A model generated the notes under the pieces. It was not told the DNA's origin. It was given only the letters and a program-made list of their open reading frames with translations, and did not search any database. The translations under genes were made by a program, and so were the position numbers. Of a DNA stretch of 64,000 bases, positions 26,796 to 36,746 are shown in pieces. The DNA lies in assembly GCA_963704645.1 (NCBI GenBank), contig OY969926.1:192001-256000 (forward strand). Reading direction: 5' to 3'. This DNA comes from an uncultured bacterium. Its GTDB lineage: Bacteria; Patescibacteriota; JACMRA01. Position 1 is the stretch's first letter. Every line of letters begins with the position of its first letter.

Positions 26796-29264
26796 CTACT
26801 TCCTATAGGAATTAATTACAAAAACTACCAGAGCCACAAAAATTGTGTAGAAACCATACGTTCCAATAAAATCTACAGTATTTAAGTTTATTAACCTTTC
26901 TAAGATTGGATTAGAAATTGTTATTTTGGTTACCGCCAAGTGAAGAATAAACATTGTAATAATTGCACCAAAGCCAGCAAAAATTAAGAATTTAGAGTAA
27001 TTTTTATATTTGAAAGATAGTATTAGAAGACCTAAAACAAAAGATATTCTTAAACCAAAAATAAGATAAGAAATTAATATAAACAAAACTAATATAAGTG
27101 CAAACCAGTAATTATTATTAACATACTTTTCAGCATATTTAGAATAAATTACTATGCATTTGTTAAAATATTGGTTAATTAATTTTAAAATTTTAGAAGT
27201 TGTTGAGTTTTTAAAATTATTCAAATATTCTTCAATTTTAGCTTTGTTTCTTAACCAAAAATATTTCGATAAAGTATATATTAGGATAATTAAAAAGCCA
27301 ATTAATATAGCCATTTTTTGAGCTAAAATATTGTAATGAGTTATACTAAAATTGGAGTCTGTACAACTAGAAGCACAACTTACTACCCAAACTTTATTTT
27401 GATAAGTATCTCGATATTCAAAAATAGTATCTAAAGTGTTAGAGGAATTTAGACTTACAAAAACCAATGGCTGGAAACTTGAGCTGACTACAAATCTATC
27501 TGAATTTTGATAATTACTATTGGATAATCCTACTTTGAATTGAGACTGAAATGTTGTTTCTTTTGCTTCATTCAAAGCCAGCGGATTATTTTGGCTGGCA
27601 GAGTTTTCTTTGGTGAAAAAATAGTTCTGCAAATCTTTAGGTAAACTTTGAGATAACCATAATTGCTTAATTTCAAAGCCAACATCTTCAGGCTTATTAA
27701 TTTCCAAATACGTCCCCGATACTTTAATATTTGCCGGATCTAAAACTGCATTAAATTTGTTCGAACCAATTTTAGATTTGGTGGTAAAATTAACTGTGTT
27801 GGAGCTAGCAAAATTAACTGCCAAATTTATAATATTTTCTTTCTTACCACCTTCGGAATTGTATACAGTATTTTGAGTGTTGTATTCAAGTTCTAAATTA
27901 TACAAAAAATTAGCATTCGGAACGAAATCTGCACTTAAAGCTAAACAGAAAGTTTGGTTTTCTAACAAAGCAAAATCTAAATCTTTAAAATTTAACCAAT
28001 TATAATTTAAGGAATTTTCATTATTTTTAAGTAGTTTAGTAAGGTCGCAACTGTTTAAAAAAGCGTTTTGATAGCTTAATCTGTAATTCTTAAAATATTC
28101 ATCATTATTAAGAATCTCTGCCTTGCCTGACGGTAATTCAGCCTTTGTATCTATTTCTAATGTTAAATTATCATTGTATTTCGGCAATATTTCGGCAATA
28201 TTTTCAAATTTTAATTTAGTAAGTTTTAAATTATTAACTTGAATATTTAAGCTTTGCCAGTCTTCAATAGAATTTATAGAGAATTGGAAATACTCCATAC
28301 CACCATTTTTTACACTAATTAATTGGCTGTATTCTGTTGGGGTATTTTTTATTAAGGCTGTTTTACCAATACTTTGAACCTGTTCGGAATTTTCTAAATT
28401 TAGCTTTTCTTCGTTGTCAGATAACTTAAAATTATATGCGGAATAAGCCAAATTATTGCTATTCAAATTAAAACTGGCTAAATATATTCCATTTTGTTGA
28501 AAGCTTTCAGGATAGTTTTTTGAAAAACAAGTTCTTGGGTTTTTAGTTCCAGCTTTTTCCTTTAAATTTAGATTGCAACTTAATGGGCTGGCAATGTAAT
28601 TTGAGGAAGAATTTTGATTTATAGAATAAACTAGTATTTTGTTATTTTGAAGTTCTCCAAAACTAATAAATTTACCATCTGTATAAGTTTCTAATTGTAT
28701 TCCTTCGTAATCTGATAGATACAAATATTTGCCAGAAGAAATATTGTCTATACTGGCCACAACTGTTTCTGGGACATAGTTTGTTTTATCTTGAACTTTA
28801 AAACTAAACTTGGGCAGTACAAAAGTTATCTGCCGCAAAACATTGTTGTATTTAATTTCTAAAATACTATTGGAATTTAATTTGTAGTTAAGACCAAAAT
28901 TTTGCTTATCCGGAAAAGGATTATAAATTGACCAATTCTTATTTAAAAAATCTTGACTTGGAACTGTGCTAATATTTTTTGCAACTTGGGATAGATAATT
29001 TAGCTCATCTTTACTGGCAATATCTGTTTTATCTGGATAAATAAGCACAGTATTGTTTTTAGGCTTAGCCTTGGAAGGATCTTGGGCAACTAATAAACTA
29101 TCAATTTGTCCACTAACTCTTATAGAGTTTAAGGGTGAATTCGACCAGGATGAATAGCTTACAAAACTACAAACTAGAAGAATTAAGCCTATAATAAAAG
29201 ACTCTAGGTAGTTTAAGCTTGGTTTGGTAAAAGACATTGAGTTGTGCTTATTTATTATGTCCAT
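26796..29264 (-). CDS. Membrane protein with large Asn-rich extracellular domain
   Basis: N-terminal TM, about 600-aa soluble region, several C-terminal TMs; coupled to the upstream gene. Track start is TTG 29309. Confidence 0.75.
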   Translation of the reverse strand: MDIINKHNSMSFTKPSLNYLESFIIGLILLVCSFVSYSSWSNSPLNSIRVSGQIDSLLVAQDPSKAKPKNNTVLIYPDKTDIASKDELNYLSQVAKNISTVPSQDFLNKNWSIYNPFPDKQNFGLNYKLNSNSILEIKYNNVLRQITFVLPKFSFKVQDKTNYVPETVVASIDNISSGKYLYLSDYEGIQLETYTDGKFISFGELQNNKILVYSINQNSSSNYIASPLSCNLNLKEKAGTKNPRTCFSKNYPESFQQNGIYLASFNLNSNNLAYSAYNFKLSDNEEKLNLENSEQVQSIGKTALIKNTPTEYSQLISVKNGGMEYFQFSINSIEDWQSLNIQVNNLKLTKLKFENIAEILPKYNDNLTLEIDTKAELPSGKAEILNNDEYFKNYRLSYQNAFLNSCDLTKLLKNNENSLNYNWLNFKDLDFALLENQTFCLALSADFVPNANFLYNLELEYNTQNTVYNSEGGKKENIINLAVNFASSNTVNFTTKSKIGSNKFNAVLDPANIKVSGTYLEINKPEDVGFEIKQLWLSQSLPKDLQNYFFTKENSASQNNPLALNEAKETTFQSQFKVGLSNSNYQNSDRFVVSSSFQPLVFVSLNSSNTLDTIFEYRDTYQNKVWVVSCASSCTDSNFSITHYNILAQKMAILIGFLIILIYTLSKYFWLRNKAKIEEYLNNFKNSTTSKILKLINQYFNKCIVIYSKYAEKYVNNNYWFALILVLFILISYLIFGLRISFVLGLLILSFKYKNYSKFLIFAGFGAIITMFILHLAVTKITISNPILERLINLNTVDFIGTYGFYTIFVALVVFVINSYRK

Positions 29265-31566
29265 AAAATTTATTTTTCCATTTGTAAATAACAAAAGACA
29301 ACAAAACAATAGCGTAAATTGCCATAATTTCTTCGAAAACTACTTGTGGTTTATACCACAATTCTAAACTTAAATTGTAAGTACCGTCTTCATTTTTTTG
29401 GCAGTAATTTAGCGAACAATTTTGCTCCAATTCTGAAAAATTAATATCCCAAGTATTGTTAAATCCTCTTCCTTTATAGTGATTAAATATACTATCTGAA
29501 AGTAAATATTTCTGATTAGGCTCTGTTAAATTCCAGCTACCAAAACTATATTGAAATTCTAATGTAGCGTTTTTACTTATATTGTTAACCTGTAAATTAT
29601 AGTGAGTTGGATTAATTTTATTTATATTAAGACTTCCACTGGAAACATAAAAACTTCTAGCCTGCTTAAATTTATAAACTGTGAAATAGCTATTTTCAAA
29701 AATTTTGTTATCTTTGTAATTGTCATCAATTTTTTGTATTAAACTATTTTTTTCCTCTTCAGAAGTAATTCTGTACCAACTATAATTTGGAATGAATTGT
29801 TTATCTACAAGTATTGTATCTATGCTTAAACTTTCAATTCTTTCCTGGAACTGGCTTGGGTTTGTAGCCATTAAATCGTACAATTTAATAATACTATTTT
29901 CGTCTTCAGATGGAAGAGTTCTTATAGACAAAACGGAATGACTGCAATTTTGATTAAAAATATCGTTACTTAGAACCTGCTTATTGGAAATGTTCGTAAA
30001 ATGAAGGAAATCGTAGCTGTAAGGAAATTTAATTGTTCTAAAGGAATTGTTTTTTAAGAAATCGCAGGTCTGGGAATATTCTGGCGCAAGTTCAACCTGA
30101 CCGTATGGGGAGACAAAATATTGAGTTGAGAAAAAGCCCAAATAGAAAATGTTGATAACCAGTAGGAATATATTTACCGCAAGCTTAAGTTTTTCGGTTT
30201 TTATTAAAGTATAAGCTGAAGATATAGCAAGCAAAATTAGTAAAATAAAAATAATTCCAAACTTAGCATCTAAATAGCGATAAAGTAAAAATACTGACGG
30301 CACTATTTTATAAATTAAACCAAAGAACTGTAACAAAGGTCCTTGAAACATACCCATGGTAGCAACCCCGAACATTGCAGCCAAAGAAGTTATAGCGTAT
30401 AGCTTTACTTTGCTATTGTCTTGGGTTTCAGGAATATTGCTCTCTAAACCTTCTTTTTTTAGCTCTACTACTTCAATTTTTTGATTAAGATTTTTGTGAC
30501 TTCTAAATTTTGCTATCCAATTTTTAATCTGAGTTGTGTGCAATTTTTGGAATAGTGGCAATAATATAATTACGAAAAGACCTAAATTAAAATAACTTAA
30601 CCAGGCGTAAACGCCAAAAACATTGTTAATTTTTGCGTTAGCCAGTCTTAATAGGCTTTCTTGACTGTAAGAGTCGGTTCTAATTTGGGATTCCAAAAAA
30701 TAATCTAATTTTAAAATATTATTTAAATTGAATCTAGCCTTACCAAGTTCATACCAAGACAATATAAAATCTCCACCAAATGCGTTGCTAGAATTATAAA
30801 TATAACTAGAAACTTCTCTGTTTATTAACAGTATTTGAAGTAAAATTGGTATAAAAACTACAATGTTAATTGCAACCACTTTTGAAATTTTTGCTAAATT
30901 AAACCTTGTATAAACTAAACTTAAAAGCAGGGTTAAAGAAATTACTAAGGCGTAATTAATAATGGAAGTTGGGTGAGCAAAACTTACTTGGAGGAAGAAT
31001 AAAGTTGAAGCCAAAGCCAATTGCCATTTTAAGCCATTTTCTTTTACTACTTTTAAAGTAAAGTAACAAGCCAAGGGTAGGAACCCCCATAAAAAATTCT
31101 GCCCCAAAATTGTTCTGTATACATTCATTTGGGCTTCAATAGAAATAATATAAATTAAAGCAAGCAAATAAATATTAAAATTTGAAGTGTTTTTAGTTAC
31201 TTCTTTTAAAAACAAAAAGGCCCCCCAAAATGCAGCCTGGACCAAAGCTATCATCATTACATCCACTCCTCTTTCTGGCCCAAAAATGAAACTAAAAATT
31301 GAATAGACAATATAATTTAAGTAATAGCCGTAGACCCCAAACCCAAACCTTTCTTGGAAGAAATAGAAGGAGGAATTAAAAATATTTTTATCTTGAAGCA
31401 AAATTGTTTGATCCCAGTAAAATGTAAAAACATTATCGAAGGGGTTATACAAATAAAAAGCTATGGCAACTGGTATTAAAGCTGCTAATATTTTAAGACG
31501 ATTTGGGTTTAATGCAATAGGCTGAAGAGCTGCAAAAAACTTCTTAAATTCTATATTAAAATTCAT
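29248..31566 (-). CDS. GT-C-like multi-pass membrane protein (YfhO/AftD-like)
   Basis: YWDQ near N-terminus, about 12 TMs, FLLYRYLDAKF, C-terminal NPTHY...NTW soluble domain. Confidence 0.6.
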   Translation of the reverse strand: MNFNIEFKKFFAALQPIALNPNRLKILAALIPVAIAFYLYNPFDNVFTFYWDQTILLQDKNIFNSSFYFFQERFGFGVYGYYLNYIVYSIFSFIFGPERGVDVMMIALVQAAFWGAFLFLKEVTKNTSNFNIYLLALIYIISIEAQMNVYRTILGQNFLWGFLPLACYFTLKVVKENGLKWQLALASTLFFLQVSFAHPTSIINYALVISLTLLLSLVYTRFNLAKISKVVAINIVVFIPILLQILLINREVSSYIYNSSNAFGGDFILSWYELGKARFNLNNILKLDYFLESQIRTDSYSQESLLRLANAKINNVFGVYAWLSYFNLGLFVIILLPLFQKLHTTQIKNWIAKFRSHKNLNQKIEVVELKKEGLESNIPETQDNSKVKLYAITSLAAMFGVATMGMFQGPLLQFFGLIYKIVPSVFLLYRYLDAKFGIIFILLILLAISSAYTLIKTEKLKLAVNIFLLVINIFYLGFFSTQYFVSPYGQVELAPEYSQTCDFLKNNSFRTIKFPYSYDFLHFTNISNKQVLSNDIFNQNCSHSVLSIRTLPSEDENSIIKLYDLMATNPSQFQERIESLSIDTILVDKQFIPNYSWYRITSEEEKNSLIQKIDDNYKDNKIFENSYFTVYKFKQARSFYVSSGSLNINKINPTHYNLQVNNISKNATLEFQYSFGSWNLTEPNQKYLLSDSIFNHYKGRGFNNTWDINFSELEQNCSLNYCQKNEDGTYNLSLELWYKPQVVFEEIMAIYAIVLLSFVIYKWKNKFYGHNK

Positions 31567-31681
31567 ATTGATTCTTAAAAGACTGATAAATCTAACATGC
31601 CAGCAATTCCTGGGTTGGTCAAATAACTAAGTTTACTGTCCTTATTTTGACCATACTATTTTTTTCTAACACATTCATTTT

Positions 31682-32773
31682 ATGCATAAAAAAGAAATTG
31701 CCGAATTAATTGGAGAAACTAAAAATATAATTAATTCATCTAATTTTGAACAATTAAAAAGTACATTACAGGACTTGCAAAACCAAATGCAAGACCCTGA
31801 AATTTGGGCTAATGACAGAAATATAAATGGCAGTGGAAACGAACTTTCCAAAAAAGCCAAAAGCTTGGAAGTCAAAATAAAATTGCTGGAAAATTTAAAT
31901 TCAGCAGTTACAGACATTGAGGCTGCGGAAGATTTAGGCGAAGAGGAACTTTTAAATACAGCCATAAGTAACCTACAGAAAGTGAGGGCTAATTATCAAC
32001 AAATTAATTATCTTTCCGAAGCCCACGATTTCCACAATTGTTTACTAACTATCCACGCTGGAACAGGTGGCATTGACGCCGAAGATTTTGCAGCTATGCT
32101 GTGTGCAATGTATCAATCATTCTGTAAAAAACAAGGTTGGTATTCTCAAACTATTGCACTCTCAACTGGTCAAGAAGGAGGTCTAAAAACTATTACTTTA
32201 GATATTCAGGGCGATTATGCTTATGGACTTTTGAAAGAAGAAGTTGGAGCGCACAGATTAGTTAGAATTTCTCCTTTTAATTCAGGTAAAACTAGAGAAA
32301 CCAGTTTTGCTATGGTGGAAGTTTTACCTCAAGGGTTGGAAAAAGCTTCAAAAATTGAGCTTAAAGATGATGATTTGAAATGGGAATATACAACCGCAAG
32401 TGGTCACGGTGGCCAAAGTGTTAATACTACCTATTCTGCTGTTAAATTAATTCACATACCAACTGGACTTACTGTTTCCTGCCAAAATGAACGTAGCCAA
32501 GTTCAAAATAAACAACAAGCTTTAAAATATTTGAAAGACAAATTGGCAATTTTAGAGTGGGAAAGAGAACAAAAATTGAAACAGGAAATTAGAGGTGAAT
32601 ACAATTCTGTAGAGTGGGGAAGTCAAATAAGAAATTATGTTTTACACCCTTACAAATTGGTTAAAGATGTTCGCAGTGGATGGGAAACTTCAGATGTTTT
32701 AAAAGTTTTAGAAGAAGGTGAAATTTTGGATATAATTTGGTCGGTTAAAGCAGCCAAGTTTAGTGCCAAATAA
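31682..32773 (+). CDS. prfB: Peptide chain release factor 2
   Basis: HRLVRISPF (SPF), GHGGQSVN (GGQ), CQNERSQ, WGSQIRNYVLHPYK. Confidence 0.96.
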   Translation: MHKKEIAELIGETKNIINSSNFEQLKSTLQDLQNQMQDPEIWANDRNINGSGNELSKKAKSLEVKIKLLENLNSAVTDIEAAEDLGEEELLNTAISNLQKVRANYQQINYLSEAHDFHNCLLTIHAGTGGIDAEDFAAMLCAMYQSFCKKQGWYSQTIALSTGQEGGLKTITLDIQGDYAYGLLKEEVGAHRLVRISPFNSGKTRETSFAMVEVLPQGLEKASKIELKDDDLKWEYTTASGHGGQSVNTTYSAVKLIHIPTGLTVSCQNERSQVQNKQQALKYLKDKLAILEWEREQKLKQEIRGEYNSVEWGSQIRNYVLHPYKLVKDVRSGWETSDVLKVLEEGEILDIIWSVKAAKFSAK

Positions 32774-35072
32774 TTTCTAGATTTTCTAAATTGGAGTGCG
32801 ACTTGTTAGACACTGACCTTTTATTATTTATACCCAATCTATTTATAATACTTTTTATATTTTGATTATCTCCAGTCAATTTCGTTGGGATAATAAACAA
32901 ACGCCAACCGTGATACTCATCTTTATTAACCCATAAGTTTTGGTTATTTTTATGATTGTGTTTACAAATAATATCTAAACTTGGATTGGAAACATTCAAA
33001 CCAAACTTAAAGGCTTGAAATGCCAAGCAATTATCTATAGCAACTTGACCTAGGTTATAGTTTTTCGGAAAACACCAGTTTTTGTAATAACTAACCCAAA
33101 CATCTTGACTGGTAGAATACAATTGATTTAGCTTATTTATTCTACCCTCTGAATAAAGCTTACCATTTTGATACCTTGTAATTGCCCAAAAATCTTTCTC
33201 CTTTAAAACTTTTAGTTGGCTGCCAAAATCTTCATTAAACTGAATATCTGCGTTACTTAAAACTACAATATCTTTATTGTTAATTAGAGTAATATGATTA
33301 AACATTTCTTGAATATTCAAATTCTTTTCAGAGCTAATAAAGTGGATTTTACTTTTTAAAATTTCAACGCCAATGTGATTGTAATTAAAGCTATTTGGTG
33401 TGTCATTTTGGAGGTTGCTTTTTGAACTAAATTCAATATTAGCCTTATTCAAAGAATCTTTCAAAATATTCATCTTTAGCAAAGCAAATTTCACTTTTTC
33501 TAAAGTTTCTTGATCTTCTGAAAATAAATAAATTTCATCAAAAATGTTTAGTTTAATGTTATTTTGAATTGTGTGTAAAATTTCTTCAAATCGACTGTTA
33601 TCTTTATTCCTACCAAAGCTAGTTAGCCATATTATCTTATCCATACCTAATTGAGTTTCAATCTGAGTAACTCGATCAATTTCTTTTGGTGAATTTTTAG
33701 AGAATATATTAATCCAAAATAAGCCAAATCGGCCTCTTGAAATAAAATAAATAAATACTAGCATTATTGGTAAAATTCCTACTTCAACTATAATGTTAAT
33801 TAAACCAAAATGGGCTGGCTGAAAGGCCCAACTATATAATTCTGGTAAAGTATTTTTTAAAATAAAAGGTGAAGAACCCAATCCAGAACCAAACAAAATT
33901 TGCAAGGGTTGAATTTTAGTAAAAGCCTTACTCCACCAAAGAAATTCCTCAATTCTAAAAAAATCTGAAGAGCTTCTTCCCAACCAAATTATAGTAAAAA
34001 TAGATATAGTTAAGAAAAGCAAGATTATTTTAAGCCACATTTTTTTTACAGAAAGAAAAGCCCAATTCCAATTAAATTTAAGTGCATAAAGTAAGATTAG
34101 AAGAACTAAGCTAAGCCTGCTAAAACTTAAAAGTATTAAAGATGTTGAGACAACAATGAGCAGCTTGTTAAGAGTTTTATTCTTATTTAGATCTTCTTTC
34201 AAACTAAAAATACCGTTGCAGAATAAACCAATTAATCCCAGCATTCCTAAATTATTTGGATGAACCAGAAGGCCGTATCCTCGTAAAATTGCTGCCTTAA
34301 AATTTAAAAATTGAATATTTTGCCTAGCAAGTTCAGCTGTCTGGTAATTTTCACCTAACCAATTTAAACCTAGAAAGTGTGATGTAAAAACCTGGTATAT
34401 TGCTAAGCATAAATTGATAGTTAAGTATCCAATCAATATTTTATAAACCCAATTCCATGATTTGGTAGATTTTAACCACAACCAAAAAATTAGCAAAAAA
34501 AGTAAGGGAATTGGTAGCAAAAAATTCAAATAATCTAAACAAAAATACCCCAACAAAGCCAAACCACCAAATACCATCAGTCTGTAGCGGCGATGCCCCA
34601 TCGCCATTCCCGTTTTAAGAAACCCTTCATCAACACCATCCATAACTGACTTGAAGTTAGACACCCCCCTAGGATCCAAAAATAAAAAGTTTCCCTCATT
34701 CGAAACCAAAAAACCATAAATTTCAACAATTAAAAATATCCAAACCACTAAACTAGACCATACCAAAACAAAATGGAGCAATACTGAAATGTCTCTTAGG
34801 GGGTAAGCAAAAATTATGCTCTGAACAAATAATAATAAATTTAAAAACCAAATTTTTGAAGATGATTTTAAAACTATAATTAAGGCTGTGACAAAGATTA
34901 CTATTTGGGGCAGCGAAACATTTAAACCTAAAAAATAGCCAGTTGAAGAAATTCCAAAAAACTTATTCAAATTAAAACTGAAACTAAAAAATAATGCCAA
35001 AATTGAAAACAGCATTAACCCATAGTTTAAGCGTGTAGAATTTAGCCAGCCAGACCTTGAAATAAAATTCAT
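32760..35072 (-). CDS. O-antigen ligase-like (Wzy_C) protein fused to a C-terminal glycosyltransferase-like domain
   Basis: LRGYGLLVHPNNLG, SFSRLS, FGSGLG, QPAH..INIIVEVG; C-terminus SNADIQF, AITRY, SQDVW, LG..IDN, NPS...H.H. Confidence 0.75.
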   Translation of the reverse strand: MNFISRSGWLNSTRLNYGLMLFSILALFFSFSFNLNKFFGISSTGYFLGLNVSLPQIVIFVTALIIVLKSSSKIWFLNLLLFVQSIIFAYPLRDISVLLHFVLVWSSLVVWIFLIVEIYGFLVSNEGNFLFLDPRGVSNFKSVMDGVDEGFLKTGMAMGHRRYRLMVFGGLALLGYFCLDYLNFLLPIPLLFLLIFWLWLKSTKSWNWVYKILIGYLTINLCLAIYQVFTSHFLGLNWLGENYQTAELARQNIQFLNFKAAILRGYGLLVHPNNLGMLGLIGLFCNGIFSLKEDLNKNKTLNKLLIVVSTSLILLSFSRLSLVLLILLYALKFNWNWAFLSVKKMWLKIILLFLTISIFTIIWLGRSSSDFFRIEEFLWWSKAFTKIQPLQILFGSGLGSSPFILKNTLPELYSWAFQPAHFGLINIIVEVGILPIMLVFIYFISRGRFGLFWINIFSKNSPKEIDRVTQIETQLGMDKIIWLTSFGRNKDNSRFEEILHTIQNNIKLNIFDEIYLFSEDQETLEKVKFALLKMNILKDSLNKANIEFSSKSNLQNDTPNSFNYNHIGVEILKSKIHFISSEKNLNIQEMFNHITLINNKDIVVLSNADIQFNEDFGSQLKVLKEKDFWAITRYQNGKLYSEGRINKLNQLYSTSQDVWVSYYKNWCFPKNYNLGQVAIDNCLAFQAFKFGLNVSNPSLDIICKHNHKNNQNLWVNKDEYHGWRLFIIPTKLTGDNQNIKSIINRLGINNKRSVSNKSHSNLENLEIIWH
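34584..34605 (+). repeat. GTAG-type REP palindrome inside a CDS
   Basis: GTAGC-GGCGATG-CCC-CATCGCC; 17-bp core identical to 10940-10956. Confidence 0.75.
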
Positions 35073-35174
35073 AAAATTTGAACTTGTATAAGTTGTTTAC
35101 TAATTTACAGGAAATTACAAGTTGCTGAAATTTACAATTGACAGGCAACCAAAAACTAACAAAATTGTATCATT

Positions 35175-36206
35175 ATGGCTTTAGGAAAAAGTTTAGGAAA
35201 TATATTAGGCGATTATTTTGGCCAAGAAACGGTAAATTTGCAAAATGTTGACGCAAATTTTGACCAAAACACTTCTATAGTTTTGCTTCCTATTAATAAA
35301 ATTCAATCCAGTCCTTACCAAACCAGATCAGTTTTTGAAGACAAGAAAATAAACAGTTTAGCAGAAAGTATTAAGGAGAGTGGTTTAATTCATCCAATTT
35401 TAGTTATAAAAAAAGATTTAGAGAGTACTGGGGAAGAAGTTAAACAGTTTGAATACATCTTGTTAGCCGGTGAACGTCGTTTAAGGGCTTGTAAAAGTTT
35501 AGGCTACACAAACATTCTAGCAATTGTAAAACCTTTTGAAAGTTTATCTAGCAAGCAACAGGCCATGTTAGCCGCTGTAGAAAACCTGCAACGGGAAGAT
35601 TTAAGCCCAATTGAAATGGCTGGAACTTTTCTAATGTTAATGCAAACCCAAAACTTTGATGAGCTTGAATTGGCCAATAATTTAGGGCACTCCTTGCAAT
35701 ACGTAAAAAATTACATTCGTTTGTTAACTTTAGATGGTAAAATTCAGCAAGCCCTTTTAGAAAGAAGTATTGGGGAAGGTCAAGCCAGGTTTTTAGTAGG
35801 CTTAGAACCAGAACTACAAAACAAAATTTTAGACTTTATTTTAGAACACAGCCTAACTGTTAAAGAAATTTCTGAATTAACTAGAAAAACCAAAGAAAAA
35901 ATTGGAGGATTGCAAGAAAAAATAAGCTTTATTGAATCAGAAAAAGCCAAATTAGATAATTTAAACAACCCAGCAGTTCAAGACGAGTCCAATAACAAGC
36001 CCGTAGGGGAGAATCTCGATTCTCCTATCTTAAACGAGGGTGAATTAAACAACACCAAAAAAGGCTCAAGTTCTTCTGTTCAACTAAGCCCTACAATAAT
36101 TATTAAAGCTCAAAAGCTAGCTGAAGCCTTTCCAAACGCAATTTTAAAATGCACTGGTTCAGATGAAGAAGGGAAAATTGTTATTTCTTGGAAGAAGGGC
36201 GAGTAG
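35175..36206 (+). CDS. parB: ParB/Spo0J family partition protein
   Basis: PYQTR..F, GLIHPILV, LAGERRLRA, ENLQREDLSPIE, HTH. Confidence 0.92.
   Translation: MALGKSLGNILGDYFGQETVNLQNVDANFDQNTSIVLLPINKIQSSPYQTRSVFEDKKINSLAESIKESGLIHPILVIKKDLESTGEEVKQFEYILLAGERRLRACKSLGYTNILAIVKPFESLSSKQQAMLAAVENLQREDLSPIEMAGTFLMLMQTQNFDELELANNLGHSLQYVKNYIRLLTLDGKIQQALLERSIGEGQARFLVGLEPELQNKILDFILEHSLTVKEISELTRKTKEKIGGLQEKISFIESEKAKLDNLNNPAVQDESNNKPVGENLDSPILNEGELNNTKKGSSSSVQLSPTIIIKAQKLAEAFPNAILKCTGSDEEGKIVISWKKGE
36003..36025 (+). repeat. GTAG-type REP palindrome inside parB
   Basis: GTAGG-GGAGAATC-TC-GATTCTCC, translated as VGENLDSP. Confidence 0.65.
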
Positions 36207-36228
36207 TAGGGGAATGCTTGCCGTTCCT
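36206..36228 (+). repeat. GTAG-type REP palindrome after parB
   Basis: GTAGGGGAATGCTTGCCGTTCCT; near-identical copy at 62523. Confidence 0.7.
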
Positions 36229-36324
36229 AAAACACTTAACTTGATTTTAACACTTGCCTTACAGCAAAAAATGTGCACTTAGTTAGTTGCTGGTTTATTT
36301 ATACTATTTGGAGATTTACCTACT

Positions 36325-36567
36325 ATGGATGATATGGGAAGCGTTGCGAAGGAAGCAGAAGATCTGAAAAAGTTATCAGGTTTTGAAATTGACTATAGCT
36401 TGGAGGGTGAGTATTACTCTATTGTAAGAGTTTTTATTCCCGAAGGTAAAGAGAAAGATGTTCCTGTTAAAATCGATAGGCTCAAACCTGGCCCTATTGC
36501 TAAACATAGTTTCTTATCACTAAAACGAACTTTTGAACCATTCGGTGTAATCTTCGACAAAGTTTAA
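36325..36567 (+). CDS. Small hypothetical protein
   Basis: 80 aa, GGAG upstream, TACCCCC...GGGGGTA terminator at 36603-36640. Confidence 0.6.
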   Translation: MDDMGSVAKEAEDLKKLSGFEIDYSLEGEYYSIVRVFIPEGKEKDVPVKIDRLKPGPIAKHSFLSLKRTFEPFGVIFDKV

Positions 36568-36746
36568 ACTACCTGATTAGAATAATTGGATATATATTTA
36601 TATTACCCCCAAGCTAAACTAAAAGCAAGGGGGTATTTTTTTGTTTTAAAAATTTTTATTTTAGAATAATCTTCGATGAGCTCTCTAAAGATTTAGGCTT
36701 TTCTTGTTTCATCCGTGAAGGTGACGTGGGAGTAGCCGGTACATGG

